Virus record (IMG/VR): IMGVR_UViG_3300029955_000001
From: a virus
Taxonomy: Duplodnaviria > Caudoviricetes
DNA length: 64,000 bases
Reading direction: 5' to 3' (one strand)
Shown here: positions 32,394 through 43,306 of the stretch, piece by piece
How the letters are laid out: every line of letters begins with the position of its first letter
Position numbering within the stretch: position 1 is the first letter of the stretch
The notes under the pieces: model-generated
What the model saw: only the letters and a program-made list of their open reading frames with translations
What the model was told of the DNA's origin: nothing
The model's database searches: none
Made by a program: the position numbers and the translations under genes

Positions 32394-34592
32394 TTATTTA
32401 TACACAACTGTCTGATCACTTTCCCAGTTAGGTTTATAGTCTCTGTATATAAAAGACAATCCGCTACATTCTGAAATATGTTTAACGAGACTTAACGGTC
32501 TCGCTCCTCCTAATGGTAAAATCTTTCTATCCACTGCCGATTGAATTGCTGTGGGTTTATCAGCGCCTAGAATACTATACAAAATTTGTTTATGTGCAGC
32601 TGGGTTATTATTACGATCGAGAATATCAGCAGTTACTTTTGCACCAGCGTATGCTGCATAGATACGAACCTCAGACTCTCCAAGAGCACGAATTGCTTGT
32701 TGTCGAGATGGGTGTGAATGTTTATCAGTATTAGTAACTTGAGACAATACTCCAAAATGTTGTAGTTTGCCGCTGGACACAGCTGTCCAGTCGTCGCCTG
32801 TTTTCTCTAACAAAATCATATACACACCGCCAATGCGTACATTATTTTTAGTAATAACGCGTTTACCAGAGTTACCAATGTAACTAACAGGGCCGTACAC
32901 TGGTTTATAAAACATTTCTAATTGTTTAATTATTTCTTCTGATTCTGGTTCGTTTTCAGGAGGCATATATAGATAAATGCCATCTTTAATAACTGATGCT
33001 AGATGATCAATACGACGGCCTTTATACTCACCATCTGTAAACCAGACGTGCATCTTTGGAGAAACAATATTATAATAACCTAACAAATATTTCCAAGCGC
33101 GATCTATGGAATCTGGTTGGGTTAGTTCAAGTGTGCTTAGAACTGTTTTAATCTCATGCTCGGAATAACTATCCATTGTTGTCTTGTGTTTAGCGGTTGT
33201 AGCACCAAAGAACCAAGGATGAATATCATTCTTTATTTTAATAACAACATCACGACTAGCCGCATTAATGTATTGTTCGTATAATCGACCAATATTCATT
33301 CGTGAAATAGTAGAATTAGGGTCCATCACGATATCTGCCCGATTACCGTTTTCATCCACAGGCATTTCATCCGGTTCAGCGACGTGTACGATAACTCCCT
33401 TACCACCGTGACAATCTGACAATTTAAATCCTGTAATAGGTTCAATGTCATACTCGATTGTAAACTCCACACGCCAGTCATCTAATTGTGCTTGGCGATA
33501 CAGTTTAATAATCCGGTGTTGGTCGCTATCTACAACAGATAGTGCTTCAACTACCATTCTGTGAAATTCAGGAGTAATTCTTAAGTTCTCACGACGATCG
33601 CTTTTCAGGCGATTATATTCTTCTAGAATTTCCTTATAAAACTCACGTCTAGCTAAGTCGTATTTTTCTACTTGTGTTTCCATTCCAGCAACCGCGTCAG
33701 GTGCGCTATTTTGACTATCGTGTTGTACGCGAATATCAACAATTCTTCCACCAGCACCAGCTGCGTATGTGATTTTATCAAATACAAAATCTGGCTCCAT
33801 AAGAGCACTAACACTTTGTTCAACTACAGCTAATCCTTTATCGTAGCTTCGAAGACACATCAGAATACCGTCATATCGAACGCGATCCCCTATATCAGGG
33901 AATGGCTTGAAGTTATTTTCATCACCATATAAATTCAAAGCAAAACGTTTACTGCCCCATTCAACTGTACGTTGCTCATAAGTCTTAAAAGCAAATCTTC
34001 TTAATACATCTCTACTAATAATTACACCGTCTTCAGAAACCGCTGGATGCGTCATGAAAGCCATATTGCACTGAACACCGTACTTATAACCACCGTTTGG
34101 TGTAATTGACGGTGAGTCTAAAAACACGGTTCCTTCTGCTATAGCAGCACCTGGTCGAATATTTCTAATTCCATCTTGTTCTTTATATTCAAAACCAAAG
34201 TATTGGTGATAAGAACAATACTTAACCAAATTAAATATTCCTACTTCTTTAGTAATTGCGTTTTCATAAATTACTAAAGTTTGAGGATTCATCTTAATTG
34301 AATCAGCACCTATCTTGGGACGATAGCGTGGAATGATCTTGATGATTTCTCCATCGCACGGCATTCTCACTTTGAATGTATATTTACCAAACTCACGCTC
34401 AACACCAGTTTGACAACGACGCTCTGTAGCGCCATTGACAACAAGTGTCTGCGAAATATGACTCGAGAACATTTGCTCTCGACTACTAGAGTTGTGTTGC
34501 CTCCATGGGTTTAACCCATTAACTCCCTGAAACTCACGAAAAAGCTGATTAGAAACCTTAGTGCTCATAACGTTTTCCTTTATGTACAACAT
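32394..34592 (-). CDS. Non-virion RNAP beta C-terminal subunit (gp71/73-like), uninterrupted
   Basis: GFKLSDCHGGKGV, DPNSTISRMNIG, ALGESEV. Confidence 0.92.
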   Translation of the reverse strand: MLYIKENVMSTKVSNQLFREFQGVNGLNPWRQHNSSSREQMFSSHISQTLVVNGATERRCQTGVEREFGKYTFKVRMPCDGEIIKIIPRYRPKIGADSIKMNPQTLVIYENAITKEVGIFNLVKYCSYHQYFGFEYKEQDGIRNIRPGAAIAEGTVFLDSPSITPNGGYKYGVQCNMAFMTHPAVSEDGVIISRDVLRRFAFKTYEQRTVEWGSKRFALNLYGDENNFKPFPDIGDRVRYDGILMCLRSYDKGLAVVEQSVSALMEPDFVFDKITYAAGAGGRIVDIRVQHDSQNSAPDAVAGMETQVEKYDLARREFYKEILEEYNRLKSDRRENLRITPEFHRMVVEALSVVDSDQHRIIKLYRQAQLDDWRVEFTIEYDIEPITGFKLSDCHGGKGVIVHVAEPDEMPVDENGNRADIVMDPNSTISRMNIGRLYEQYINAASRDVVIKIKNDIHPWFFGATTAKHKTTMDSYSEHEIKTVLSTLELTQPDSIDRAWKYLLGYYNIVSPKMHVWFTDGEYKGRRIDHLASVIKDGIYLYMPPENEPESEEIIKQLEMFYKPVYGPVSYIGNSGKRVITKNNVRIGGVYMILLEKTGDDWTAVSSGKLQHFGVLSQVTNTDKHSHPSRQQAIRALGESEVRIYAAYAGAKVTADILDRNNNPAAHKQILYSILGADKPTAIQSAVDRKILPLGGARPLSLVKHISECSGLSFIYRDYKPNWESDQTVVYK

Positions 34593-34674
34593 TGTGTTAT
34601 AACAACTAAATATAAATTTGGAAAAATAATAATCTTTATTGTTATTTTTATGATGTCATTACCACACACTACAC

Positions 34675-34694
34675 TTTAGTGATATATCACTAAA
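34675..34694. promoter_or_regulatory. Perfect 20-bp palindrome containing the promoter core on both strands
   Basis: TTTAGTGATATATCACTAAA lies between the divergent beta gene and the 112-aa gene. Confidence 0.65.
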
Positions 34695-34719
34695 AACCTT
34701 TACATTAAGAGGAACTCTT

Positions 34720-35058
34720 ATGAATGTCGATAGTTTAATGTTTAATCCTGGTAGTGATATTTACTACGATGCGGGGTTTAGAGTTGTTCTAGAAGATCAC
34801 ATGACGTTATTGAGAAATGATTCAACGACGCAAATCATTGACGTTGCTCCGATGGACGCGTATGTGTACGAGGCTGATCTATTTGGTCTTCTTTCTAAAT
34901 ATGGTGTTGCGCCATATTTACACTGGTTAACAATGCGAATGAACGATATGACTTCTCCGTCTGAGAATGATTTGAAATTAACACAGCTATTAATTCCTTA
35001 CCAAGGAAATATCGACAAGATACGACAGTCGTATACTAGTGTTAACAGAATTACATAA
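34720..35058 (+). CDS. Small conserved LysM-like / baseplate-wedge-like protein
   Basis: GGAA RBS; DLFGLLSKYG...WLTMRMN...LLIP pattern. Confidence 0.45.
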   Translation: MNVDSLMFNPGSDIYYDAGFRVVLEDHMTLLRNDSTTQIIDVAPMDAYVYEADLFGLLSKYGVAPYLHWLTMRMNDMTSPSENDLKLTQLLIPYQGNIDKIRQSYTSVNRIT

Positions 35059-35314
35059 TGTTTAATTCTTTTGTATTTTTATGAAATGTTTCACATGGTA
35101 ATCCAGCATCTCTACATGCGTGGCAGCAAAACCAATACTCATGACCGTTTTCTGAATCTTCATCGCCGGTAAACACGTACTCACTATGACCTATTGTCCC
35201 GTGACAATACATGCAGTATAGTTCTAAATGACCAAATGTCATAAAAGCTTCCACATAGAGAAAAAAATAGCATCTAATCTTTTTAAGGATTAGATGCTAT
35301 TTATGCCGTATTAT

Positions 35315-36580
35315 TTAAATCGCACCAAACCCACCATTGCGATTGCCATAATTATTATTACCATAACTAGGAGTGTTATAGCTTCGTCCTATTCCTCCTA
35401 ATCCTGCTGGTCTATCCATACCACTACGTGATTGACCTTGCTGATACTGTTGTACGTTATTAGGAGCGCCAATAACAGAACGCAAACTAGGAACAGAACG
35501 AATCAGTGAGTTAAAATCCAAACCACCATTCTCAGTAACTACTGGCGCAGGCTGATACGATTGTGCTGGTTGGCCATATGTGTTTTGTGGTTGTTGTGGT
35601 GGAACTTGCCACGGTTGAAGATTAGTAACTGGAGCGCTTGCAAATGAAGCTGATGTCGCTGCTGCGGCAGGCGTGGTTCCTACGTCAGTATGTAGAGACT
35701 TACCTTCGTTACCAGCTTGCATTGGAACTAAGCGAATCTCTGATTTCATTACTTCGATATTATCGAATGTTTCTTCCCATTCAGATTCAAACAGAAGTTC
35801 ATCTGCCTCATCTTCCATTGTGTTTCTAAACAATTCAATGATAGTGTTCAGATTAGAAGCTACGACACCTACTGTCTTCATCAAAGCATCAAGATAAGGT
35901 GCAAGTTGAGATTCAGTACCAATGTTATATGTTTCAGGCTTATCAATACCTGGAAAAATATAATCCATCAAGCTTATTAAAGATTTAATATCTTTTACAC
36001 GCAGCTTTACACCATAACACTCATGCTCTGATTTTGTCAAGGCTTCGTATAGTGGAAAATGTACAATACCACATCGTGAGTAAGTAGTTCCTCTTACCTT
36101 ACCACCACGTTTTAGGAATATGGATACAAAATTCTTTTGAGAATTACCTTCGCCAAACTGTTCACATACTTTTGCGAAATCGTCAACCGTCTTCTTATCG
36201 ACATTTTTAACATGACTCAGAAAATCGGATTGTTCAGGCGTTAACGACGCATGCTCGTCTATGTGTGAAGCAATTTTTAACAAATGTAATGTTAGAACGT
36301 GCAACACGTAATTAATACGCACAACTAATGATGCTCGAAACTTTTCCAAGACATCAGATTCGCCTTTCAAAAGACTTTCCGATAACGGATGGAATATCAC
36401 GATATTCGACTTATTAGAATTAGCCAAATGTTCTTGAGTAGGAAGAACTAGTCGTTTTCCTTTTACAAGCAATGGTGTTTTTAATTCACCAATTACTTGA
36501 TTCACATAACCGTCGTCAGTAGCCACTAAGTCAGCTGTTTTAAGTATGGATTTATACAAATCCAATAATTTCATTGCCAT
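35315..36580 (-). CDS. Conserved core protein (phiKZ gp70-like) with a Q/P/N/G-rich tail
   Basis: Lies between the PicA-like gene and the beta subunit gene. Confidence 0.55.
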   Translation of the reverse strand: MAMKLLDLYKSILKTADLVATDDGYVNQVIGELKTPLLVKGKRLVLPTQEHLANSNKSNIVIFHPLSESLLKGESDVLEKFRASLVVRINYVLHVLTLHLLKIASHIDEHASLTPEQSDFLSHVKNVDKKTVDDFAKVCEQFGEGNSQKNFVSIFLKRGGKVRGTTYSRCGIVHFPLYEALTKSEHECYGVKLRVKDIKSLISLMDYIFPGIDKPETYNIGTESQLAPYLDALMKTVGVVASNLNTIIELFRNTMEDEADELLFESEWEETFDNIEVMKSEIRLVPMQAGNEGKSLHTDVGTTPAAAATSASFASAPVTNLQPWQVPPQQPQNTYGQPAQSYQPAPVVTENGGLDFNSLIRSVPSLRSVIGAPNNVQQYQQGQSRSGMDRPAGLGGIGRSYNTPSYGNNNYGNRNGGFGAI

Positions 36581-36596
36581 TGCTTTTTTCCTTTAT

Positions 36597-38069
36597 TTAA
36601 ATAACACCGAAACCACCGGAACTTAACGGTGTTTGTATATTCCCATTAGTTTTACCAACGAAATCACAAGGAGATGGTCTAAGCTGACCCATCAGATCAC
36701 TGAAATCGTTTGCTACTGACATAGCTAGTCTACCATTTGTTGTTACTACCGGAACAGTCAATGCATCGCAAAACGATGGCGTGACGTAATCTACTTCTGG
36801 TTTACCGTCCAAAGATATTTTTATCCATGTTTCTCCAAGTAGATCAATTTGCATCGAGATTTCGAACGACATAGCACCCGAATACGATAGATCTTGCAAC
36901 ACTTGGAATTCCATGTTTCGTATGAAATTCTGCAAACCTAAACTATGATCAAATGTATCAGAAAACCCACGTACATCAAAAACGACTGTACTGATTACAC
37001 CGTCTCTAGATTGATTAGTAGTTTTAAACACAACCCAAGTAAGCCCTTGCTCCATAAGCAAACCTGGAATTGCTTGACTTAAAATAGTCGCGGCATGCGT
37101 AACGCCATCAGAACCACCCCAATCAGCAGTTAGTCCTGCTTGATGCACAGTTGCTTTCTCTGTAGCGGACATTAAAACAACGACTGCTAAATTATCAACA
37201 TTAGGGTCAAGTAACATTAATTCATTATAAGAGAAAGAGTCACCAATGGGTCTTCCTGTGACATTACTAATTGCAGATAACAAGGGGTCTTTAGAAGCAA
37301 TATTTTCTGCTGAATAATCTCTAGCGGCTTCTAGAATATCACCACGAGAAGAACCAATACTTGTATCAGCTTCGGAGCTTTTCCAACTCTGCAAGATATT
37401 AGCCATATAGCTTGCCGGTACACCATTTGCTCGCCTTGATTTCATGGCTAGATTATTAGCTATGGTTCTTTCGTCATACATAGTACAATCAGGCGGCAGC
37501 ATATCACGCGTCATTACTGAATAAATATCTTCAGGTCGCATCCGGTGATTTGATACCTGTTGACCAACACCGGACCAGCTATTATCGGTAATCACGTGAG
37601 AATTATCATTGATAGTCACGTGAGTTTGATTACCGAGAGGCGTCCTTTCGATTGTTCGTCTTTCCGTTATAATAGAGTTAACGGTAAAAATCATTCTCGG
37701 ATCAACGCTACCAGACAACGCAACACCATCGTAGTCGGTATAACCCATCACGTTTTCAATTATCTCACTACCGATACCTGGAAATACAGATCTTACTTCC
37801 ATACAGAAACGCATTCGTTTCTGTCCCCAGCCATTCGGAATGTCGATCGTTCCTTCTGGAGTAGGAGACGGACTAACAAAATGACTAGCAATACCAGCGA
37901 CTGTTGTTGGTCCAATTTTATTTGTATTAAATAATCGTTCTTGAATAATGTTCAATGTAGAGCGATCAAGATTTGTATTGTAAGGTCGTCGAAACTGTTG
38001 GTTATACGTGCCGGTTTCATGAATTATCAAACGTGTAATTGCAATTCCTGGTCTCTGATTAAAAGACAT
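36597..38069 (-). CDS. picA: Phage-nucleus import factor PicA/Imp1-like (gp69-like)
   Basis: 490 aa, immediately downstream of the gp68-like gene as in phiKZ. Assigned mainly by synteny and size. Confidence 0.65.
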   Translation of the reverse strand: MSFNQRPGIAITRLIIHETGTYNQQFRRPYNTNLDRSTLNIIQERLFNTNKIGPTTVAGIASHFVSPSPTPEGTIDIPNGWGQKRMRFCMEVRSVFPGIGSEIIENVMGYTDYDGVALSGSVDPRMIFTVNSIITERRTIERTPLGNQTHVTINDNSHVITDNSWSGVGQQVSNHRMRPEDIYSVMTRDMLPPDCTMYDERTIANNLAMKSRRANGVPASYMANILQSWKSSEADTSIGSSRGDILEAARDYSAENIASKDPLLSAISNVTGRPIGDSFSYNELMLLDPNVDNLAVVVLMSATEKATVHQAGLTADWGGSDGVTHAATILSQAIPGLLMEQGLTWVVFKTTNQSRDGVISTVVFDVRGFSDTFDHSLGLQNFIRNMEFQVLQDLSYSGAMSFEISMQIDLLGETWIKISLDGKPEVDYVTPSFCDALTVPVVTTNGRLAMSVANDFSDLMGQLRPSPCDFVGKTNGNIQTPLSSGGFGVI

Positions 38070-39725
38070 TTAAAAACTCCTTTGTGCAAGAGAAATAGCA
38101 AGATCAGCTAACTTTATTTTAATATCATGCGATACTACTGTTCTTCTATTATTTTTATTTCCATACAACTGTGCTATCCAACTATCGGGTATTGTTAGTC
38201 TCCAATTACGTTCTACAAATAAATTCGACACGAGATCAATACTCTCAGCAGCTGGATTAGTGCGTTTAGCAGTTTTCTGCTTACCAGATGATCGTTTTGA
38301 ATATGGATATAACGCATCGAGTATTTCTAATTGTTCCTTTTTGATTCTTGCGCGTGAATCAAAATCAACACGAAGTGCATCGTTATTTGTTTCTTCTGCT
38401 GCGCTGACTAAACCAGCTAATTCAAAATATCCTTTGTGCCATAAAGCAGCTTGTGCTACTGCCATTACACCCAATAACAATATCTTACTAATGTGTTGTA
38501 AACCCTTATGAGGAATAACTCTAGCGGTTACCCATTGTGTTAGTAGAATCTGCGGGTCGTATATTTGTTGTGTTTCAAGTGCTTTTATGGATAAAAAAGA
38601 TTGCTCCAATAATTCAATTTTAATATCTGGACATAGTTTGAAAGCAAGGGACATTATGTCTTGAGCATAATACGCGATAGTGATAATATCGCCTTCCGAT
38701 ATCTCTTGTTTTATTTTGTAACCTTCGAGTTTCGATAAATTGTTTTCGCCTTCTTGGCTTTGTCCTTCTACAATTTTATCTTTCACTAAACCTATAAAAC
38801 TATTGTCATGACCTTTTGATCTCTGTCCAATGTATTTGTAGATAAATGTAGCTAAATTAGAATTTTGATCTAATCCCCTAACATCGCCTATACTTAAACG
38901 TCGCACCAACACCATTGACAACATCCACGTTGGATAATCTTCAGTGCTTAGTCCATCTAGTATCGGTGATGATTTTGATTTCTCTGATGGAATAGTAGCT
39001 ACTACATACCGTCGTAACTTTTCCATTTCACTTGAATTTATTAACAACGTTTTTGTTAATAACCTACAAGCATAATACTCTTTAAATACTGTTCCAATTT
39101 CTTTCTTTGTTCGCTGAATGAATTCACCCCAAATAGGTATCATCGGGCGCAATAAGATTGACAGTGCCACCAATCCTTTATAATCTTTTTGATCATAAGT
39201 CCGATCACGTGTTCGTGAGTTATCAGCTGCTTCTACAAACTCAACCTCAATATTCTGAGGTATTTGTATATAGCTATAAAACTCACACCAATGTTTTACT
39301 TTTTCTAAATCATGAAAACTAAACAATTGTTCAATCAACACATACAACTTTTTTGTTAGTTCGTTTGTGTCCCATTCCGAATCAAATGTTTCTTTTATAT
39401 TCAAATAACATTTAAATATATTAGTTTGTTCTACCTGAGGTAACTGTGACCAATATTGATTAATCTCTTCAAAGATATCAAAATCACCACTGAATGATAC
39501 CTTATCAAATAAAGCAATATTCCATTCAATAACTAAATCTAAGTTTTTTCCAAGATGGTCTTTATTGTCAACTCGAATTATCTTGACTATGTCGTCAATA
39601 TCTAAATACGATTTACCAGCTAGTTCTTCTAATTGACTTGCGTTTACTATTAGTCCGCTTTTATGGACAACCATTGCGGTTGTTGGGACACCTTGCGCTG
39701 TTGTTCTAATTGTTATAAGTTTCAT
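38070..39725 (-). CDS. Non-virion RNAP promoter-specificity subunit (gp68-like)
   Basis: 551 aa in the conserved position, with LRPMIPIWGEF and LEGYKIKQ motifs. Confidence 0.7.
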   Translation of the reverse strand: MKLITIRTTAQGVPTTAMVVHKSGLIVNASQLEELAGKSYLDIDDIVKIIRVDNKDHLGKNLDLVIEWNIALFDKVSFSGDFDIFEEINQYWSQLPQVEQTNIFKCYLNIKETFDSEWDTNELTKKLYVLIEQLFSFHDLEKVKHWCEFYSYIQIPQNIEVEFVEAADNSRTRDRTYDQKDYKGLVALSILLRPMIPIWGEFIQRTKKEIGTVFKEYYACRLLTKTLLINSSEMEKLRRYVVATIPSEKSKSSPILDGLSTEDYPTWMLSMVLVRRLSIGDVRGLDQNSNLATFIYKYIGQRSKGHDNSFIGLVKDKIVEGQSQEGENNLSKLEGYKIKQEISEGDIITIAYYAQDIMSLAFKLCPDIKIELLEQSFLSIKALETQQIYDPQILLTQWVTARVIPHKGLQHISKILLLGVMAVAQAALWHKGYFELAGLVSAAEETNNDALRVDFDSRARIKKEQLEILDALYPYSKRSSGKQKTAKRTNPAAESIDLVSNLFVERNWRLTIPDSWIAQLYGNKNNRRTVVSHDIKIKLADLAISLAQRSF

Positions 39726-39766
39726 ATGTTTTTCCTTTATTTACACAACACATACTACTCACTTTA

Positions 39767-39790
39767 GTGATATATGACTATATTTGTTTG
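39767..39790 (-). promoter_or_regulatory. Early-type promoter motif
   Basis: CAAACAAATATAGTCATATATCAC on the minus strand, upstream of the gp68-like gene. Confidence 0.65.
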
Positions 39791-39891
39791 TATTGCCATC
39801 ACCTTAAAAACTACGGTAGAAAGTAACCTAAGCCTTCCGAGCCAGGGTTACTTTCTACCGCTACAATATGAACTTATTTCACTACAATTAA

Positions 39892-40605
39892 TTAGAACGG
39901 GAGATCAGTATCGCCGCCGATGTCGTCCTGGGAATTATTGCCTCCGCCGCTAGAACGACCGCCGTTATAATTATTAGGGCGACCACCACCATTGTCTTTC
40001 GGCTTTGGCGCTTCGTAGTTGTCTGCGAGCATTGTCGGCATCAACTCAGTTAAGATGTCCGCGTACGCAGCAGCGCACCATTCAGAAACCTTTGCAATCG
40101 GGAACTCAGAACCATCCCCATGCACATAGCGATGAAAGCGGCTCTGTGGCAGGAAAGGAAATTTAATACGAGGGCGTCCTTTAGTTGTAGATGCTACTGA
40201 AATCCATAGCAAACCATTATCGTCTTTTCCAACATAAATTTCACTTACAACAACAGGCTGTTCACTACGTTTCCCACCTGGGAAAATAAAGTTCTTACAT
40301 TCCAATCTAAACTTACGTTCGTCAACTGGTGCTGTTACAGGAACCTTAATCATTTCACGAATACCGTGAATAAGCATGAAGAAATTTGGCACGTCTACAT
40401 TACCAGAAATTTTTCCGTATCCGTTACTTTCACCAGTGTCTTTAGGATCTCCTGTATATACGGTAATACGAGGGTTATTAGCGTACAATCCCCAAACCAA
40501 ATTAGACCACTTTGAGTCGTCACCAGGACACTTCACTGACAGACTAAGTTTATTGTTATCTAAAGCATTTTTCACACGCGGTGGAGCTTGATAATTACCA
40601 GCCAT
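39892..40605 (-). CDS. chmC: ChmC-like nucleic-acid-binding protein (gp67-like)
   Basis: Directly upstream of the gp68-like gene; G/N-rich disordered tail ending DTDLPF. Assigned mainly by synteny. Confidence 0.6.
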   Translation of the reverse strand: MAGNYQAPPRVKNALDNNKLSLSVKCPGDDSKWSNLVWGLYANNPRITVYTGDPKDTGESNGYGKISGNVDVPNFFMLIHGIREMIKVPVTAPVDERKFRLECKNFIFPGGKRSEQPVVVSEIYVGKDDNGLLWISVASTTKGRPRIKFPFLPQSRFHRYVHGDGSEFPIAKVSEWCAAAYADILTELMPTMLADNYEAPKPKDNGGGRPNNYNGGRSSGGGNNSQDDIGGDTDLPF

Positions 40606-40685
40606 GATTAACTTCCTTTTATTAAATGTTGTATTCTGACGCTCAAATTATGAGTCATGTCAGTAATAAATTACTGTATATTATA

Positions 40686-41531
40686 TTAACCATTCCTAAT
40701 TAATACTTCTTGAAGAATAGCACGTGTGTACGGATCTTTAATAGCGCTTATACTCATAGACAGCTTGTCGTATGTTGATACCGCGCTCCATTTATAATGG
40801 GTAGCTATATCTATAATCTCTCGACGAACCTTAATTGGCATTGGTTGAAACTGCTCATTATCGCCAAATACCTGAATAAGATCCTCTCGAAATGGAATCA
40901 TAGATAAGTTTGATCCTTGATAATATTTCGTATACCAAAGTGCTCTGTCTTTGAGTTTACCAGTATGAGATTCAATCAGTACTAATTTATTAAATTCTCT
41001 ATAAGACAATAAATCATAAGCGTAGTGTGTTAAAATTAAAGCTTTTGTTTTAACAGGTGACTTTATCTTTAAAGTAAATTTAACGATTTCACTAGGATGC
41101 TCAGTTAACAATATATTCATTGTTAAATTATGAAAAGCTGTATACTCTTTTTGTTTTGGAGTATTGTCTACTCTTAACTGAGCGTGTTTATATAAGTGTG
41201 TCATGTTAGCATAGTCGCTATAATAGAACACTACTTTAGTTTTACCTTTTGTTACGTCATTTACGATAGATGTAATCACATCCATTTCTACCGCTATTTC
41301 AGCAGCTACTTGATTTGGAAGTACAAGACCTGCATCTTCTTTATTTAAACTCCCCATAAGGTTTCTAAATAAAGTACGCGTGTTGACATAAAGTTCTTGG
41401 TAATCTTTTATAGGCGGATATTCCGTAGGATAATCTTCATGTATGCCGCACAAAGCCTCTTTAGCCAACGATGTAGCAATGCTTAAATTATACTGGCCTA
41501 CCGCCCTATTAGAAATGGCATCTGTATTCAT
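40686..41531 (-). CDS. Conserved nuclease-like protein (gp66-like)
   Basis: YVNTRTLFRN and LTHYAYDLL motifs; follows the SbcD-like gene. Confidence 0.5.
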   Translation of the reverse strand: MNTDAISNRAVGQYNLSIATSLAKEALCGIHEDYPTEYPPIKDYQELYVNTRTLFRNLMGSLNKEDAGLVLPNQVAAEIAVEMDVITSIVNDVTKGKTKVVFYYSDYANMTHLYKHAQLRVDNTPKQKEYTAFHNLTMNILLTEHPSEIVKFTLKIKSPVKTKALILTHYAYDLLSYREFNKLVLIESHTGKLKDRALWYTKYYQGSNLSMIPFREDLIQVFGDNEQFQPMPIKVRREIIDIATHYKWSAVSTYDKLSMSISAIKDPYTRAILQEVLIRNG

Positions 41532-42637
41532 TCTACCTCCACCATGATACTATTCGCAGCATCTAACATTAAATCAGATGCGCCATTATTCACCATACGT
41601 TCAATTAATAATCCTTTAAGATTATCTTTCGTTAACGTAATCGGCACAAATAATTCTTCTTTATCTACAATTGATTTTTCTTCTTCTATAGTTTTTGATG
41701 GTAATTTTGACCAACTATAAAAAGGAAACTGTCTAATTAGCATTTCCATATTTTCAAATATGGGGTTATCACTATCTGCCTCAACACGCACAAATGAGTT
41801 AGCTGGTAAGTCCTTTACTTTTTCTTCAATAAGTGCTAGAGTGTCTGGTAGTGTTAAACCAAAACAATGAACAGTAATGAATTTCTTTGCTCCTTTATTT
41901 TCAACAAATGTAATTTGATATTTTCCATTATCTCGTACTGTTGCACGAATATGTCCTTTTGGTTCTTCTTCACCATGTGCTAATCTATCAAAAGAACCTT
42001 GTGCAATAATGCGATCAAACTGTGTATAGGTGTGTATGTGTCCAATTAATATTAAATTCTTAACTAGGGATAAATACGCACTGGCGTTATGAACTGGTGA
42101 TTTAACGTACGAGGGTAACTGATGATCGAACGTACCATGCATTATCGCGTAATCTACTTTAGTAAGCCCTTTTGCTTTTAACAGTTCATGGACTTGGCTT
42201 AGTGTTTTATCAGTTGTTGTCTCCCATTCATCAGGTACATAGAGCACGGTTATCCCGTAGCGCTCTATGTACTCGATGGATAGTTCTTTAACGTATTTTA
42301 GTTCAGCGCCAATGCCTGCTAAGGTGTTCGTGTTTGGAAATATCTCTGATTGTTTCCAATCATGCGAAGGTGTCCCTTCCAATACACGAACTAGAATATC
42401 GTGCTTCTTGCATAGTCGCAGAAAATGCGCTACCCAGAATTTAATATCCCATACTTCTTCATCTGATAAATTCATTAAATCGTGAAATACATCACCAGCT
42501 AAAAAAATAATATCTAATTCAGCTGTTTCAGCATTATCAGGAAAAGCTTTTTTAAGATTTTCAATAATCTCAGCTGTAGGATTCTTCCTATGGCCAAGAT
42601 GCAAATCAGAAATCACTGCTATTTTAAGTTCCTTCAT
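41528..42637 (-). CDS. SbcD/Mre11-like metallophosphoesterase nuclease
   Basis: SDLHLG, GDVFH, GTPSHD, GHIH. Confidence 0.92.
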   Translation of the reverse strand: MKELKIAVISDLHLGHRKNPTAEIIENLKKAFPDNAETAELDIIFLAGDVFHDLMNLSDEEVWDIKFWVAHFLRLCKKHDILVRVLEGTPSHDWKQSEIFPNTNTLAGIGAELKYVKELSIEYIERYGITVLYVPDEWETTTDKTLSQVHELLKAKGLTKVDYAIMHGTFDHQLPSYVKSPVHNASAYLSLVKNLILIGHIHTYTQFDRIIAQGSFDRLAHGEEEPKGHIRATVRDNGKYQITFVENKGAKKFITVHCFGLTLPDTLALIEEKVKDLPANSFVRVEADSDNPIFENMEMLIRQFPFYSWSKLPSKTIEEEKSIVDKEELFVPITLTKDNLKGLLIERMVNNGASDLMLDAANSIMVEVE

Positions 42638-42711
42638 TTAAATATCTCCAAGAAGGATATTTGTTTAACGCATGGTCGCTCATAACGTTGCGTGAAGTGT
42701 TAAAATAATTC

Positions 42712-43296
42712 TTATTCTGATATAAATTCAAAATCGTCCGTATCATCGACTTCGTCTGTGGTGTTGTTAATTATTTTCTTTTGATCGGCAGTAAGCTCTA
42801 CAATAGGCAGTCTGCCGTATCTTGTAAAAATACTGTTCCATATAGCCAGATCTTTTAAAACATTACCCGGAACTTTCATGATAAGCGCACGCTTGGTCAA
42901 TTCCGTTGTAAGATAACGAAGTCCTTGTCTCGGACTTTGATTTGCTATCTGTCCGGCAGTAGTAACTACAGATGAAATAGGAACCTTATAATCGCTCGGT
43001 TTCACTGGATTTACTGCTTCTCTATTTAATAGAGGAGGAACTGTAAACAAAATATTATCATTTCTATCAACAACATGAACAGACTTGTACGGACTCCCAG
43101 CGTAGTTTAACCATGTTTCCATATTCACGTTGTAGTGTAATTGCTCATCTCCAGCAAACACTGGTAAGAAAACACCAACAAACACACGCTCTGGTAAACG
43201 TTTAATATCTTCTTCTGCTATTTGAATTAATCGTTTTGTAACAATGTTACTATCGCCAGTTTGTTTTTGTTCTGCAAATTTATCAATGTTAATCAT
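42712..43296 (-). CDS. Conserved hypothetical protein (core block)
   Basis: 194-aa ORF in a tight operon. Confidence 0.6.
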   Translation of the reverse strand: MINIDKFAEQKQTGDSNIVTKRLIQIAEEDIKRLPERVFVGVFLPVFAGDEQLHYNVNMETWLNYAGSPYKSVHVVDRNDNILFTVPPLLNREAVNPVKPSDYKVPISSVVTTAGQIANQSPRQGLRYLTTELTKRALIMKVPGNVLKDLAIWNSIFTRYGRLPIVELTADQKKIINNTTDEVDDTDDFEFISE

Positions 43297-43306
43297 GATT
43301 TACTTT

